The notes under the pieces are model-generated. The model searched no databases. It was not told the origin of the DNA and was given only the letters and a program-made list of their open reading frames with translations. A stretch of 32,000 nt of DNA from Nostoc punctiforme PCC 73102 (GTDB taxonomy: Bacteria; Cyanobacteriota; Cyanobacteriia; Cyanobacteriales; Nostocaceae). Both the position numbers and the translations under genes were made by a program. Positions within the stretch are counted from its first letter, which is position 1, and the number at the start of each line of letters is the position of its first letter. The stretch lies in the NCBI RefSeq assembly GCF_000020025.1, contig NC_010628.1, positions 930,001 through 962,000 on the forward strand. Direction: 5' to 3'. This document shows, one piece after another, positions 1 through 8,600 of the stretch.

Positions 1-786
1 GAAAATCGTCCGCCAGTAGCAACAGCGCCAACAGCACCAACACCTCCAAAAATTAACAGTTCAGGTAATGGTAATGGTCGTGCAGCCTGCCGCGAATGTA
101 ATGCCAAATATCCAGAAGCTGCAAGGCAGCGAGGAGTTGAAGGCAGAGTAGAAGTAGCTGTCGATACTGATGCACAAGGCAATGTTACCAATGTTCGGGT
201 TGCTCGCTCCAGTGGAAACCGCGATTTGGATGAAGAAACTGTAAGACAGGCGCGTGACTGGAAATTAAAACCCGCAGAAGGTGGTAGACAAGGGGTATCA
301 ATAGCCACTGAATTTGCCATACAAGGTTCACGGCGATCGCGCCAAGTTCAAGAACGGAAAAGACAAAGAGAAGCACAAGAGAGAACCCAACAGACAACGG
401 CTGCTAACTCCACAAATTCCACAGAAGAAGCTCCAAAACGTAGACGCAGAGAGTTGACACCACCTTCATCTAATGAAGTTAGAGCTACAAGACCAGCAAT
501 ATCTGGATTTAGTAGACGATTGGAACCTCAAACAGCGGAAAGTACTCCTACCAACTCATCATCTGGAGCTAGCACAACTCGCACTCAAGGAACTGCTAGA
601 GAGTCTTTACGCCGCATCCGGCGTGAGCAAACAGCTAACGATTCATCACAAAAGCCACAACCAACCGCAAATAGGCGGCGGCGAAGAGATAACGCTAACC
701 AGAATAAATTGCGGGACTCGTTGCGCCGTTTACGCCAACAACCTCAATCGCAACCTACTGCACCGCCTGCTACAAGTCAGGAGTAG
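1..786 (+). CDS. TonB C-terminal-domain protein (5' end outside the window) with a long Arg/Gln/Thr-rich tail
   Basis: Frame 1 is open from base 1. It translates to ...CRECNAKYPEAARQRGVEGRVEVAVDTDAQGNVTNVRVARSSGNRDLDEETVRQARDWKLKP..., a typical TonB_C signature. About 150 aa of low-complexity basic sequence follow, up to the stop at 784-786. Confidence 0.75.
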   Translation, partial: ENRPPVATAPTAPTPPKINSSGNGNGRAACRECNAKYPEAARQRGVEGRVEVAVDTDAQGNVTNVRVARSSGNRDLDEETVRQARDWKLKPAEGGRQGVSIATEFAIQGSRRSRQVQERKRQREAQERTQQTTAANSTNSTEEAPKRRRRELTPPSSNEVRATRPAISGFSRRLEPQTAESTPTNSSSGASTTRTQGTARESLRRIRREQTANDSSQKPQPTANRRRRRDNANQNKLRDSLRRLRQQPQSQPTAPPATSQE

Positions 787-863
787 AGATGTAAAAGTAT
801 TACGTCTCTAGAAGGATGTAGAATTTCCTGATTTTTTGTCAGTATTTCAACAGGTACGGTTAT

Positions 864-894
864 TGCGTAGGCGTAGCCCGTCGTAGACATCGCA
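864..894. repeat. Nostoc-type dispersed repeat (TGCGTAGGCGTAGCCCGTCGTAGACATCGCA)
   Basis: GC-rich motif inside an AT-rich intergenic region. It resembles a repeat family I recall as common in Nostocales genomes. Only one copy occurs in this window. Confidence 0.35.
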
Positions 895-950
895 CATTGC
901 TATAAAACCGAACCTGCTGAACTTGAAGGTTGATTTAGTCTAATAACTAG

Positions 951-1039
951 GAAGCTTGAGATTGAGCTTTGTGCAATTTAAGATTGCTTAACAACCCATT
1001 TTATCAGCTGTTCGCAAGCTAAGAAGCTTGAGATTGAGC
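951..1039 (+). promoter_or_regulatory. Two direct copies of GAAGCTTGAGATTGAGC upstream of the hsp20 gene
   Basis: Exact 17-mer at 951-967 and 1023-1039, each preceded by CTA(G/A). The copies start 72 bp apart. The second copy ends where the 5' UTR hairpin begins. Confidence 0.4.
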
Positions 1040-1069
1040 CTCCTAAGACAAAATAGTTCATCTTAGAGG
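1039..1069 (+). promoter_or_regulatory. SD-sequestering hairpin (RNA-thermometer-like) in the hsp20 5' UTR
   Basis: CCTCCTAAGA (1039-1048) pairs with TCTTAGAGG (1061-1069) with one bulged C. The 3' arm contains the AGAGG Shine-Dalgarno, 8 nt before the ATG at 1078. Confidence 0.5.
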
Positions 1070-1077
1070 TGATAGTT

Positions 1078-1575
1078 ATGCCACTGGTGCGTTGGAACCC
1101 ATTCCGGGATAGTGAACGTTTAGAACCATTTCGGGATACTGAATCTTGGGAACCATTCCGAGAAATCGACACCTTGCAGAGGCAAATGAATCGTTTATTT
1201 GACAGATTGATGCCAACTACTAATGGTGGTGAGAGGTCTGGATTTATATTTAGTCCTGCTGCTGAACTAGAAGAAACTGATGATGCAATTCGCTTGAGAC
1301 TAGAAGTACCTGGTCTAGAAGCAAAAGATATCAATGTAGAAGCAACTCCCGAATCAATTTCGATTACCGGTGAGCGTAAAACTGAAACCAAGAGTGAAGA
1401 AAACGGTATTACTCGGTCTGAGTTCCGTTATGGGAAATTTCAGAGGGTAATCCCCTTACCTTCCCAAATTCAAAATGACAAAGTGCAAGCTGAGTACAAA
1501 AATGGTATTCTCCAGTTAACTTTGCCGAAAGCGGAATCAGAAAAACACAAAGCCGTCAAAGTCAATCTTGGTTAA
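1078..1575 (+). CDS. hspA: Hsp20/alpha-crystallin family small heat-shock protein
   Basis: Alpha-crystallin domain: AELEETDDAIRLRLEVPGLEAKDINVEATPESISITGERK...FRYGKFQRVIPLP...AEYKNGILQLTLPK. I prefer the ATG at 1078 (SD at 1065-1069) to the GTG at 1069 given in the ORF track. Confidence 0.93.
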   Translation: MPLVRWNPFRDSERLEPFRDTESWEPFREIDTLQRQMNRLFDRLMPTTNGGERSGFIFSPAAELEETDDAIRLRLEVPGLEAKDINVEATPESISITGERKTETKSEENGITRSEFRYGKFQRVIPLPSQIQNDKVQAEYKNGILQLTLPKAESEKHKAVKVNLG

Positions 1576-1629
1576 TTCAATTCAACATTCGGGAGTCTTG
1601 GACTTTCTCTGATATTTTGATTAGCGATG

Positions 1630-1668
1630 AGAACCGCCTTCTTAAAAACGGGAGGTGGTTCTTCTTTA
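1630..1668 (+). terminator. Rho-independent terminator of hsp20
   Basis: AGAACCGCCTTC...GGAGGTGGTTCT stem followed by TCTTTAT, 55 nt after the stop codon. Confidence 0.6.
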
Positions 1669-2379
1669 TACATAAATTGTTTTGCTACTCCTAACCCATC
1701 TACTATGGGGAAGAGGGCTTAAAAGTGGTCTACTTTATATAATTGGCAATTATACACACTGGTAATAACTTGATTTTTCCATCAATAAAAGTAGAAGCGA
1801 ATAATCTTGCACTCCCCTATGCTCAATTTCCCTGATGAGGTCGATGAAAATCGTTTCTACATCCAGATGAATCAAAATCAGGGACTGAAGGATACTCTGG
1901 TAAGATTTAATTCACAGTCTATTCAAGCACCTCCAAAAGGTCTTTAAGAAACTATTGTCGAAGTGTAATCTTATCCAGCCAAACTAGTTTATGCTTGCCT
2001 TTTCTTGGCAAGATTATTCTGATATGTGCTTTTCAATTTACAACACTGGCATGATTGAGAGAGATTGTGCTTTAGTTAAAGACTACCCATTTGTATCGAA
2101 AGTGCATCACATCAGGCAACAGCAGCTAGTTATAGGCAGTGGGAATTGTATTCACAATCAAGCATCATAGAAATGGTGGTAGTTTTTCCTCATCATCAAC
2201 TATATGCTGAGATGATAGTCAATGGCTAACTCTCAAGTTGCTCATCTGTACTTTATGTTCAATGTCAAATTCACTGATTTGAATAAAACTTCTACATAAA
2301 CACACACTGATGCAGTTTGATTTGCTTGAATAGCTATATTGATAGGACGTTGATCCGAAGGCAATTCACAATCCTGATT

Positions 2380-2625
2380 ATGGCAAGTAAATTCATTGAT
2401 GTTAGAGAATACACTGTCAGGGCGCACAAAAGACAGATTCATACTCGTGTTTTCCAGTTTGTCTGTAAAGAGTGTAACGATCTGACAAAACGCGAGACGT
2501 TCGGGCCTCGACCTTTATATTGTGAAAGATGTCGCCCTCCCCAAGCGCCGAAGAAATCCCAACCAACATCTCACAAAGCAAAACCCAGACCAATGTCTTA
2601 CAAAAGTGACATCGATTTAAATTGA
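2380..2625 (+). CDS. Small zinc-ribbon protein (CxxC...CxxC), basic C-terminus
   Basis: [34 protein letters not shown]...[11 protein letters not shown] at 2380. The stop lies 10 nt before the next ATG, so the two genes look like an operon. Confidence 0.6.
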   Translation: MASKFIDVREYTVRAHKRQIHTRVFQFVCKECNDLTKRETFGPRPLYCERCRPPQAPKKSQPTSHKAKPRPMSYKSDIDLN

Positions 2626-2635
2626 TTGAAGCCTT

Positions 2636-3661
2636 ATGACTCAAAATGGACAATTAGAACCACCTCCGGGCACTTTTCTTTCACCACTGTTGGAATTACG
2701 AGACTATTATGCTCGCCTCACGGAAGAGTATGAACGCCTTTTTGTGCAGGCGCGATCGCAACTCGATCATGTAGAAGCGTTGTTGTCTAACTGGTCTTTT
2801 TCTGACCCCAACAAGCAAATATCAAGACTGGCGGCGGCTGATGAAACCTCAAATGTTTCCCCAGAAGGCTCTCTGCGGTTTTTATCACCTCTTGATGACA
2901 TCAACGAAATCAACTTAGTGGAGTCTCTACAGTCAGAACCCACAGACTCGGATAAGGTTGAGATCGACAATTCCTTTTCTGCTGTTGTTGATACAAAAGA
3001 GAGAAAACTTCCAACTACATCGCCAGATGCAAAGATAGCCTCAGAGAACAACGATAGTTCAACGAAGGTGGCAGAAATTCCCATGCTACCCCAGTACAAT
3101 CACGCTATCTCCCGAATGGAAGCCATTAAACAGCTATTGCAAGAGCAGATAGGCACTGTCTGTCATATCGATTTCATCGTGCGATCGCTTTATGGAGAGT
3201 TAGATTCCAATTTATTCAAAGTAGTTAAAGGTAGGGTTCAATCTTCCCTCACCCAAGGTAGAGAAAGGAATTACTGGGTAACTATTCCCGATGAGCCAGG
3301 TTGTTATACTCTGGATTTAAATTTGGTAGCCCCAAGTAAACGCAATGGTGCTTCTAGAAACAAAAATAAGAAGCCTTTTGTACCCCCGCCAAAAGCAGTA
3401 CCGATGCTCAAAGCCTTTGAGGGTCAATTTTTAATTGATGCTCTCACCTCTCTGTTTGAAGAAAATCCAGGTAAAGTTTTCAGTGTTGCTGAAGTCATTG
3501 CCGGAATTTATGGAGAACTAGATTCTCAGCAAATTAGAGAGATCAAAAATAAGGTGTTGAATGAATTATCTAGAGGTTATCGGACAGGCAGATTCTCTAG
3601 GGTTCCTAACGAAATTGGCTTCTATACTTGGGACTCCAATCTGATATCGAAGGCTCGTTAA
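2636..3661 (+). CDS. Hypothetical protein with an internally duplicated winged-helix-like C-terminal module
   Basis: 341-aa ORF. Two related segments of about 70 aa: ...CHIDFIVRSLYGELDSNLFKVVKGRVQSSLTQGRERNYWVTIPDEPGCYTLDLNL and ...FSVAEVIAGIYGELDSQQIREIKNKVLNELSRGYRTGRFSRVPNEIGFYTWDSNL. Confidence 0.7.
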   Translation: MTQNGQLEPPPGTFLSPLLELRDYYARLTEEYERLFVQARSQLDHVEALLSNWSFSDPNKQISRLAAADETSNVSPEGSLRFLSPLDDINEINLVESLQSEPTDSDKVEIDNSFSAVVDTKERKLPTTSPDAKIASENNDSSTKVAEIPMLPQYNHAISRMEAIKQLLQEQIGTVCHIDFIVRSLYGELDSNLFKVVKGRVQSSLTQGRERNYWVTIPDEPGCYTLDLNLVAPSKRNGASRNKNKKPFVPPPKAVPMLKAFEGQFLIDALTSLFEENPGKVFSVAEVIAGIYGELDSQQIREIKNKVLNELSRGYRTGRFSRVPNEIGFYTWDSNLISKAR

Positions 3662-3750
3662 ATGGGCATGGGGCATGGGGCATGGGGCATTGGGAAGAAT
3701 TTACTCCCTTATCTCCCCCATCTCCCTCATCTACCCCATCTCCCTATCCC
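3662..3750. repeat. STRR-type heptamer array between convergent genes
   Basis: (ATGGGGC)x3-4 followed by complementary CCCCATC-type units (CCCCATCTCCCTCATCTACCCCATCTCCC). The two halves can fold into a long hairpin between the 2636-3661 gene and ilvA. Confidence 0.8.
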
Positions 3751-3754
3751 AAAA

Positions 3755-5275
3755 CTATCCCAAAAACAGCTTGTATGCGGGATTCTTGTTTTCATCCCAA
3801 TAGCGATAGCCCAAGTTATCGAGAAAAGCTTGCCACTCTTCCATCTCGTGAGGAGGAACTTGGATACCAACTACAATTCGTCCGTAGTCTGCACCGTTGT
3901 TACGGTAGTGAAAAAGACTAATATTCCAGGCTGGACTCATAGAAGTCACAAATTTCATCAATGCGCCGGGACGTTCGGGAAACTCAAAACGGTAGAGTAA
4001 TTCATTTTGAGCCAGGGGAGAGTGCCCACCCACCATGTGCCGCAGATGTAATTTAGTTAGTTCGTCGTCTGTTAAATCAAGAGTTTCAAATCCTTGAGCT
4101 TCAAAGGTTTCTACCATCTTTGCAGCATCAGCACGGTTTTGAATTTGCACACCTACAAAAATATGGGCTGTTTTTTCATCAGCAATGCGATAATTAAACT
4201 CAGTAAGATTACGGTTGCCAATACATTCACAAAACTGGCGAATACTTCCCCGTTCTTCAGGAATTGTGACTGCAAAGATTGCTTCCCGACGTTCGCCTAA
4301 CTGGGCCCGTTCTGCCACGAATCGGAGACGATCAAAATTCATGTTTGCACCACAGGCTACGGCAATTAAGGTTTGTCCCTCAATTTGTTCTCGTTCTGCG
4401 TAGGCTTTGGCAGCTGCGATCGCTAATGCACCGGCTGGCTCTAAAATTGATCGCGTATCCTCAAACACGTCTTTAATCGCAGCACAAGTATCATCAGTAT
4501 CCACCAAAATGATTTCATCTACATACTGCTGACATAAACGGAAGGTTTCTTCACCTACTTCTCGCACCGCCACACCATCAGCAAATAACCCCACTTGAGA
4601 CAAACGCACCCGATGCCCGGCTTTGAGCGATTGAGACATCGCATCAGCATCTACTGGTTCAACTCCAATAATCTTGATTTCAGGACGCAATCGTTTTACA
4701 TAAGCCCCAATCCCAGAAATCAATCCACCACCTCCAATTGCAACAAAAATTGCATGGATGGGTTGCTGATATTGCCGTAAAATTTCCATCCCAATGGTTC
4801 CCTGTCCAGCAATTACATGAGGATCGTCAAAGGGATGAATAAAGGTCAAACCTTTTTCCACTTCTAATTCACGGGCATAGCTATAAGCATCGTCGTAGGT
4901 GTTTCCATGTAACACGACTGCTCCGCCCCTCATTCTCACTGCGTCCACCTTGACTTGAGGTGTGGTTATTGGCATGACGATAATTGCTTTGGTTCCCAAA
5001 CGATTGGCTGCAAGGGCGACTCCTTGAGCATGGTTGCCCGCAGACGCTGCAATTACACCCTGTGCCAAGATATCTGGTGGTAGTTGCACCATTTTGTTAT
5101 AAGCACCCCGCAGTTTAAAGGAAAATACTGACTGCATATCCTCACGCTTCAACAGGAGTTGATTATTCAACCGCGCAGACAAATTTGGTGCATACTCCAG
5201 TGGTGTTTCCTGGGCAACATCATATACACGGGCAGTCAGAATTTGGATAAGGTAGTCGCAATACATGGGTGTCAA
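3755..5275 (-). CDS. ilvA: Biosynthetic threonine ammonia-lyase (threonine dehydratase)
   Basis: 506 aa. PLP-lysine motif SFKLRGAYN, glycine loop GGGGLISG, and two C-terminal ACT-like regulatory repeats. Length is typical of IlvA. Confidence 0.95.
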   Translation of the reverse strand: MTPMYCDYLIQILTARVYDVAQETPLEYAPNLSARLNNQLLLKREDMQSVFSFKLRGAYNKMVQLPPDILAQGVIAASAGNHAQGVALAANRLGTKAIIVMPITTPQVKVDAVRMRGGAVVLHGNTYDDAYSYARELEVEKGLTFIHPFDDPHVIAGQGTIGMEILRQYQQPIHAIFVAIGGGGLISGIGAYVKRLRPEIKIIGVEPVDADAMSQSLKAGHRVRLSQVGLFADGVAVREVGEETFRLCQQYVDEIILVDTDDTCAAIKDVFEDTRSILEPAGALAIAAAKAYAEREQIEGQTLIAVACGANMNFDRLRFVAERAQLGERREAIFAVTIPEERGSIRQFCECIGNRNLTEFNYRIADEKTAHIFVGVQIQNRADAAKMVETFEAQGFETLDLTDDELTKLHLRHMVGGHSPLAQNELLYRFEFPERPGALMKFVTSMSPAWNISLFHYRNNGADYGRIVVGIQVPPHEMEEWQAFLDNLGYRYWDENKNPAYKLFLG

Positions 5276-5777
5276 GGTGTTAGCAAATGCTGGATGAAAA
5301 CTAATTTTACGTTACAAGCGATCGCACTGGTTTTATTTAATTGCACTCTCTTGAAATTTTGAGTGAATAAAATTTAAAAACTACTATAGGACTTATATTT
5401 GATTCTTGAAAAAATTCAGTATAGCTCAAAGAGCCTTTTTGACTATTGACTATTGCCTGTTGCCTGCCTACGAACCAGAAATCAAATCAGATTGCAATAA
5501 TCCTTTTGGAAGATAAATAAGTATCAGTAATTGAATTTTTTTGTGACTTAAAATTTAGTGCGATCGCTGGTAGGTTCATTTTAAAAGAGTTTCACCAATT
5601 GTCCGAGTATTTAGCTGAACGGATAACTAAAATGTTGCTTATGAACATAAGTTTTCAATTTATGATAAAGTATCCATAGAAGATTAAATTCGGCTGTGTA
5701 GTTTGTTTTTATATATACTTGTATTACAGACCTCTCCGCATCTAAATCTCTGCACCCTCTGATTCTGGAGATATTGT

Positions 5778-6080
5778 ATGTCAATTTACGTTGGTAATCT
5801 ATCTTATGAGGTTAAAGAAGAGGACCTCCGCCACGTTTTTGCAGAATACGGAACGGTAAAAAATGTTCAATTGCCTATCGACCGAGAAACAGGTCGGATG
5901 AGAGGTTTCGGCTTTGTAGAAATGGAATCAGACGCACAAGAAACAGCAGCAATTGAAGCCCTTGATAATGCTGAGTGGATGGGTAGGAGCTTAAAAGTGA
6001 ATAAAGCTAAACCCAAGACTGATGGAGGTTCCTCTGGCGGTAGAAGGGGTGGTGATGGTGGTTCCTCTCGCCGTTATTAA
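5778..6080 (+). CDS. rbp: RRM-type RNA-binding protein with a Gly-rich tail
   Basis: RNP2 IYVGNL and RNP1 RGFGFVEM. C-terminus GGSSGGRRGGDGGSSRRY. This is the classic cyanobacterial Rbp architecture. Confidence 0.95.
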   Translation: MSIYVGNLSYEVKEEDLRHVFAEYGTVKNVQLPIDRETGRMRGFGFVEMESDAQETAAIEALDNAEWMGRSLKVNKAKPKTDGGSSGGRRGGDGGSSRRY

Positions 6081-6120
6081 GGTCTAAAGCTAAGAATTTA
6101 GCTCTAAAGAAAGTCTTGAA

Positions 6121-6146
6121 GGCAGACAAGGCCGTCTGCCTTTTTT
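6121..6146 (+). terminator. Rho-independent terminator of rbp
   Basis: GGCAGAC-aaggcc-GTCTGCC followed by TTTTTT. Confidence 0.85.
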
Positions 6147-6213
6147 GTGCTTCTGTTGATTTTTGTTAGCCTAGCTTTCCGTAGGTATCGTTTTTGTAAC
6201 AGGTGTAGCAGCC

Positions 6214-6717
6214 ATGAACCCAGAAGCTAAACATATTGTTAGCGAACTAAGGCATAAGTTCTACTCTAACTTCGCTGCTTCTATGAATATGCCGGTGATC
6301 GTAACTGGTACATCTTATAGTAGTAATTCCCCGATCGCATCTTGGATGGATCGTAGGGAAAGACTGAACTATATAAATGTATATGCTTATACCGCACCTG
6401 ATGAATTTGTCCCATTCCGTCCGTTCATTCTTCGGCTGGCTATAAACAAGAGCGCTGGGAGAGTAGCGACGTTTAGAAAAGGACAAGTCTGCCGAGGTCT
6501 TAATTTGATGTGGGACTTTGAATTAACTGTGCTACCAAAAGAAATCTTAGACTTTCTTCCCTGGATAGTTAATTTAGTAGAGGCTCATGACAAAGGTTCG
6601 TCCTTATTGCTACAATCACCACCTCATTCATTTGAATTAGAAGTGCCAGAGGTTGGGTTTTTTAATAACGCTTGGACTCAGAAAGCTAGGCTTCTTGCTA
6701 ATTCGACAATATCTTAA
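6214..6717 (+). CDS. Hypothetical protein
   Basis: 167-aa ORF with protein-like composition. I recognise no motif. Confidence 0.55.
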   Translation: MNPEAKHIVSELRHKFYSNFAASMNMPVIVTGTSYSSNSPIASWMDRRERLNYINVYAYTAPDEFVPFRPFILRLAINKSAGRVATFRKGQVCRGLNLMWDFELTVLPKEILDFLPWIVNLVEAHDKGSSLLLQSPPHSFELEVPEVGFFNNAWTQKARLLANSTIS

Positions 6718-6939
6718 TGCTTAGTGCTTAAGGTGCTAGTTAAAAGCAACTAAAAATATATATTATCTAATACAAAAGTAGCAAACCTACTTTGGTGAAT
6801 GTCTAAAATATTTGTCAATTTTTAAAACAAAATAGGCAAGGTTGCACGAGTGCTAGAAGATTCTCCTCATTTACCAGCTAATCATGCTACTCGTGCGTTA
6901 ATGCCTGATAATTAATAAGGCAATCTACAGAGAGCAAAC

Positions 6940-7947
6940 ATGCAGACTCTCCAAAAACTCTCCCTCCCAAGCATGGGCTGCGGAACTTGGGCCTGGGGCA
7001 ACCAACTGCTTTGGGGATATGACGAAAGTATGGATGACCATTTGCAAGCGGTGTTTAACCTTTGTGTAAACAACGGTGTGACTTTATTTGATACGGGTGA
7101 TTCTTACGGAACTGGGAGATTGAATGGTCGAAGTGAGTTACTGCTGGGACGATTCAACCGAGAATATCTAGGTTCAAACAAAGAAAATATTTGTATTGCG
7201 ACTAAGCTGGCTGCTTACCCGTGGAGATGGACACGGCAATCAATGGTAAAGGCTTGCAAGTCATCTGCCCAACGCCTGGGAAAAAACGTAGATTTAGTAC
7301 AGATGCATTGGTCAACAGCGAATTATGCCCCTTGGCAAGAGGTAGGGCTGTTAGATGGTCTTGCCGATTTATATGAGCAAGGACTAGTTAAGGGAGTAGG
7401 ACTGTCCAATTATGGGCCTAAACAGCTTAAGCAAGTGCAGAAAAAGTTTGCTGAACGAGGTGTTCCTATTACTACTCTGCAAGTTCAATACTCTTTGTTG
7501 TCTACATATCCTGTCACCCAATTGGGGCTTAAAGACCTTTGTGATGAGTTGGGAATTAAACTGATTGCCTATAGCCCTCTAGCTTTGGGACTACTGACAG
7601 GAAAATACTCTGAGCAAGGCCCTTTGCCAAAAGGCATCCGAGGTCTGCTGTTTAGGCAGATATTACCAGGAATGCGTAGACGCGGAGCGGCTTCTGCTGG
7701 CAGTTCGCTTTTGGGATGTTTGCGAGAGGTAGCACAAGCTAGAAACAAAACCATGTCACAGGTAGCAATTAATTGGTGCATCTGTAAAGGAACCATTCCC
7801 ATCCCTGGAGCAAAGAGCGTAGAACAGGCAAGAGAGAATATTGGTGCTTTAAGTTGGCAATTAAACGTCAGCGAGATTGCAGAGTTAGATAAGGCGGCGG
7901 CGAATGTAGGCAAGAAAATGGTACAAAATATATTTCAAACTAAGTGA
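6940..7947 (+). CDS. Aldo/keto reductase family oxidoreductase
   Basis: GCGTWAWG...LFDTGDSYG...ATKLA...VDLVQMHW...GLSNYG...IAYSPLALGLLTGKY...IPIPGAKSVEQARENIGA. These are AKR hallmarks. Confidence 0.9.
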   Translation: MQTLQKLSLPSMGCGTWAWGNQLLWGYDESMDDHLQAVFNLCVNNGVTLFDTGDSYGTGRLNGRSELLLGRFNREYLGSNKENICIATKLAAYPWRWTRQSMVKACKSSAQRLGKNVDLVQMHWSTANYAPWQEVGLLDGLADLYEQGLVKGVGLSNYGPKQLKQVQKKFAERGVPITTLQVQYSLLSTYPVTQLGLKDLCDELGIKLIAYSPLALGLLTGKYSEQGPLPKGIRGLLFRQILPGMRRRGAASAGSSLLGCLREVAQARNKTMSQVAINWCICKGTIPIPGAKSVEQARENIGALSWQLNVSEIAELDKAAANVGKKMVQNIFQTK

Positions 7948-8150
7948 AATTTCTACATTACTTAATTTAAAATTGCAAAAACCTGGTTTAAGCCAGAAAA
8001 TAAAAATACTTGATTTTATATTAATCCAGACATAAATTCCTTAATTATGTCTAATGAAATAGTAATACTAATTACTATTTTTAGATTATAATACAGTACT
8101 ATTTTAGCAAGTATATTATCAAGAATAGCTTTTATATAAACTAGATATAT

Positions 8151-8287
8151 ATAGCGGTTCTCAGTTGAGTGCAATACAGACCTAACCTCCAGCCCCTTCC
8201 CTACTAGTGTTGGGGAGTAAGATTCAAAGCCTCTCTTCTTTTAGGATAAAGGTCAAACTGTATTGCACCCAAACGAGAACCGCTATA
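8151..8287. mobile_element. MITE of about 137 bp with ~29-bp terminal inverted repeats
   Basis: TATAGCGGTTCTCAGTTGAGTGCAATACAG ... CTGTATTGCACCCAAACGAGAACCGCTATA, flanked by TA-rich sequence. No coding capacity. An extra orphan TIR-like copy (AACTGTATTGC) lies at 8382-8392. Confidence 0.7.
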
Positions 8288-8295
8288 ATTCAATA

Positions 8296-8372
8296 CGCTT
8301 GGGTTAAGCGCCACTTGTACAAAACCGTGGGTTTTGAGACGCGATAAATCGCCGTCTCTACAAGTGTTTAGG
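8296..8372. repeat. Hairpin-forming dispersed repeat next to the MITE
   Basis: CACTTGTAC...GAGACGCGATAAATCGCCGTCTC...TACAAGTG forms a nested, near-perfect stem-loop. Confidence 0.5.
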
Positions 8373-8577
8373 TATTATCTGAACTGTATTGCTCTAGAAT
8401 TAAAATCCGGTAGAATATATTTTTAGATAACATTTTTTAAAGACTTAAATCAATTAGTTATGTCCTAAAGTTTGCTCTGAGGAACTTGATTTTTAAAGTG
8501 TACTAAGAAAGAATGAATATTGAGTCTAACATCTTGTAGACACTCTTGGTGATAACTTAACCTTATCCAATGTCCAC

Positions 8578-8600
8578 AGTCCGCGAAAGCGGACTTTTTT
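8578..8600 (+). terminator. Orphan intrinsic terminator (no upstream plus-strand ORF)
   Basis: AGTCCGC-gaaa-GCGGACT followed by TTTTTT. The nearest plus-strand CDS ends 630 bp upstream. Confidence 0.55.

Noticed and set aside
185-811. ORFs 185-397 (-) and 473-811 (+), which overlap the TonB-family frame
   Set aside because: They are alternative-frame or antisense shadows of a longer ORF with a clear domain signature, and their own sequences are low-complexity.
978-1391. 137-aa minus-strand ORF across the hsp20 start
   Set aside because: It is antisense to a confidently identified Hsp20 gene, is Ser-rich and unprotein-like, and has no RBS.
1819-1950. 43-aa ORF (MLNFPDEVDENRFYIQMNQ...) in the 700-bp gap after hsp20, with a CTTGCC...GGCAAG hairpin at about 2003-2021
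   Set aside because: It has no RBS, no recognisable motif and no way to test conservation here. I left it unannotated, although the gap is unusually long and could hold a small gene or sRNA.
3628-4000. ORFs 3628-3921 and 3662-4000 (+), starting in the heptamer array
   Set aside because: Their N-termini translate the STRR repeats (MGMGHGAWG..., LPHLPHLPHLP) and the rest is antisense to ilvA.
4094-5362. Several 60-70-aa plus-strand ORFs inside ilvA
   Set aside because: They are antisense shadow ORFs within a 506-aa gene that has strong motifs.
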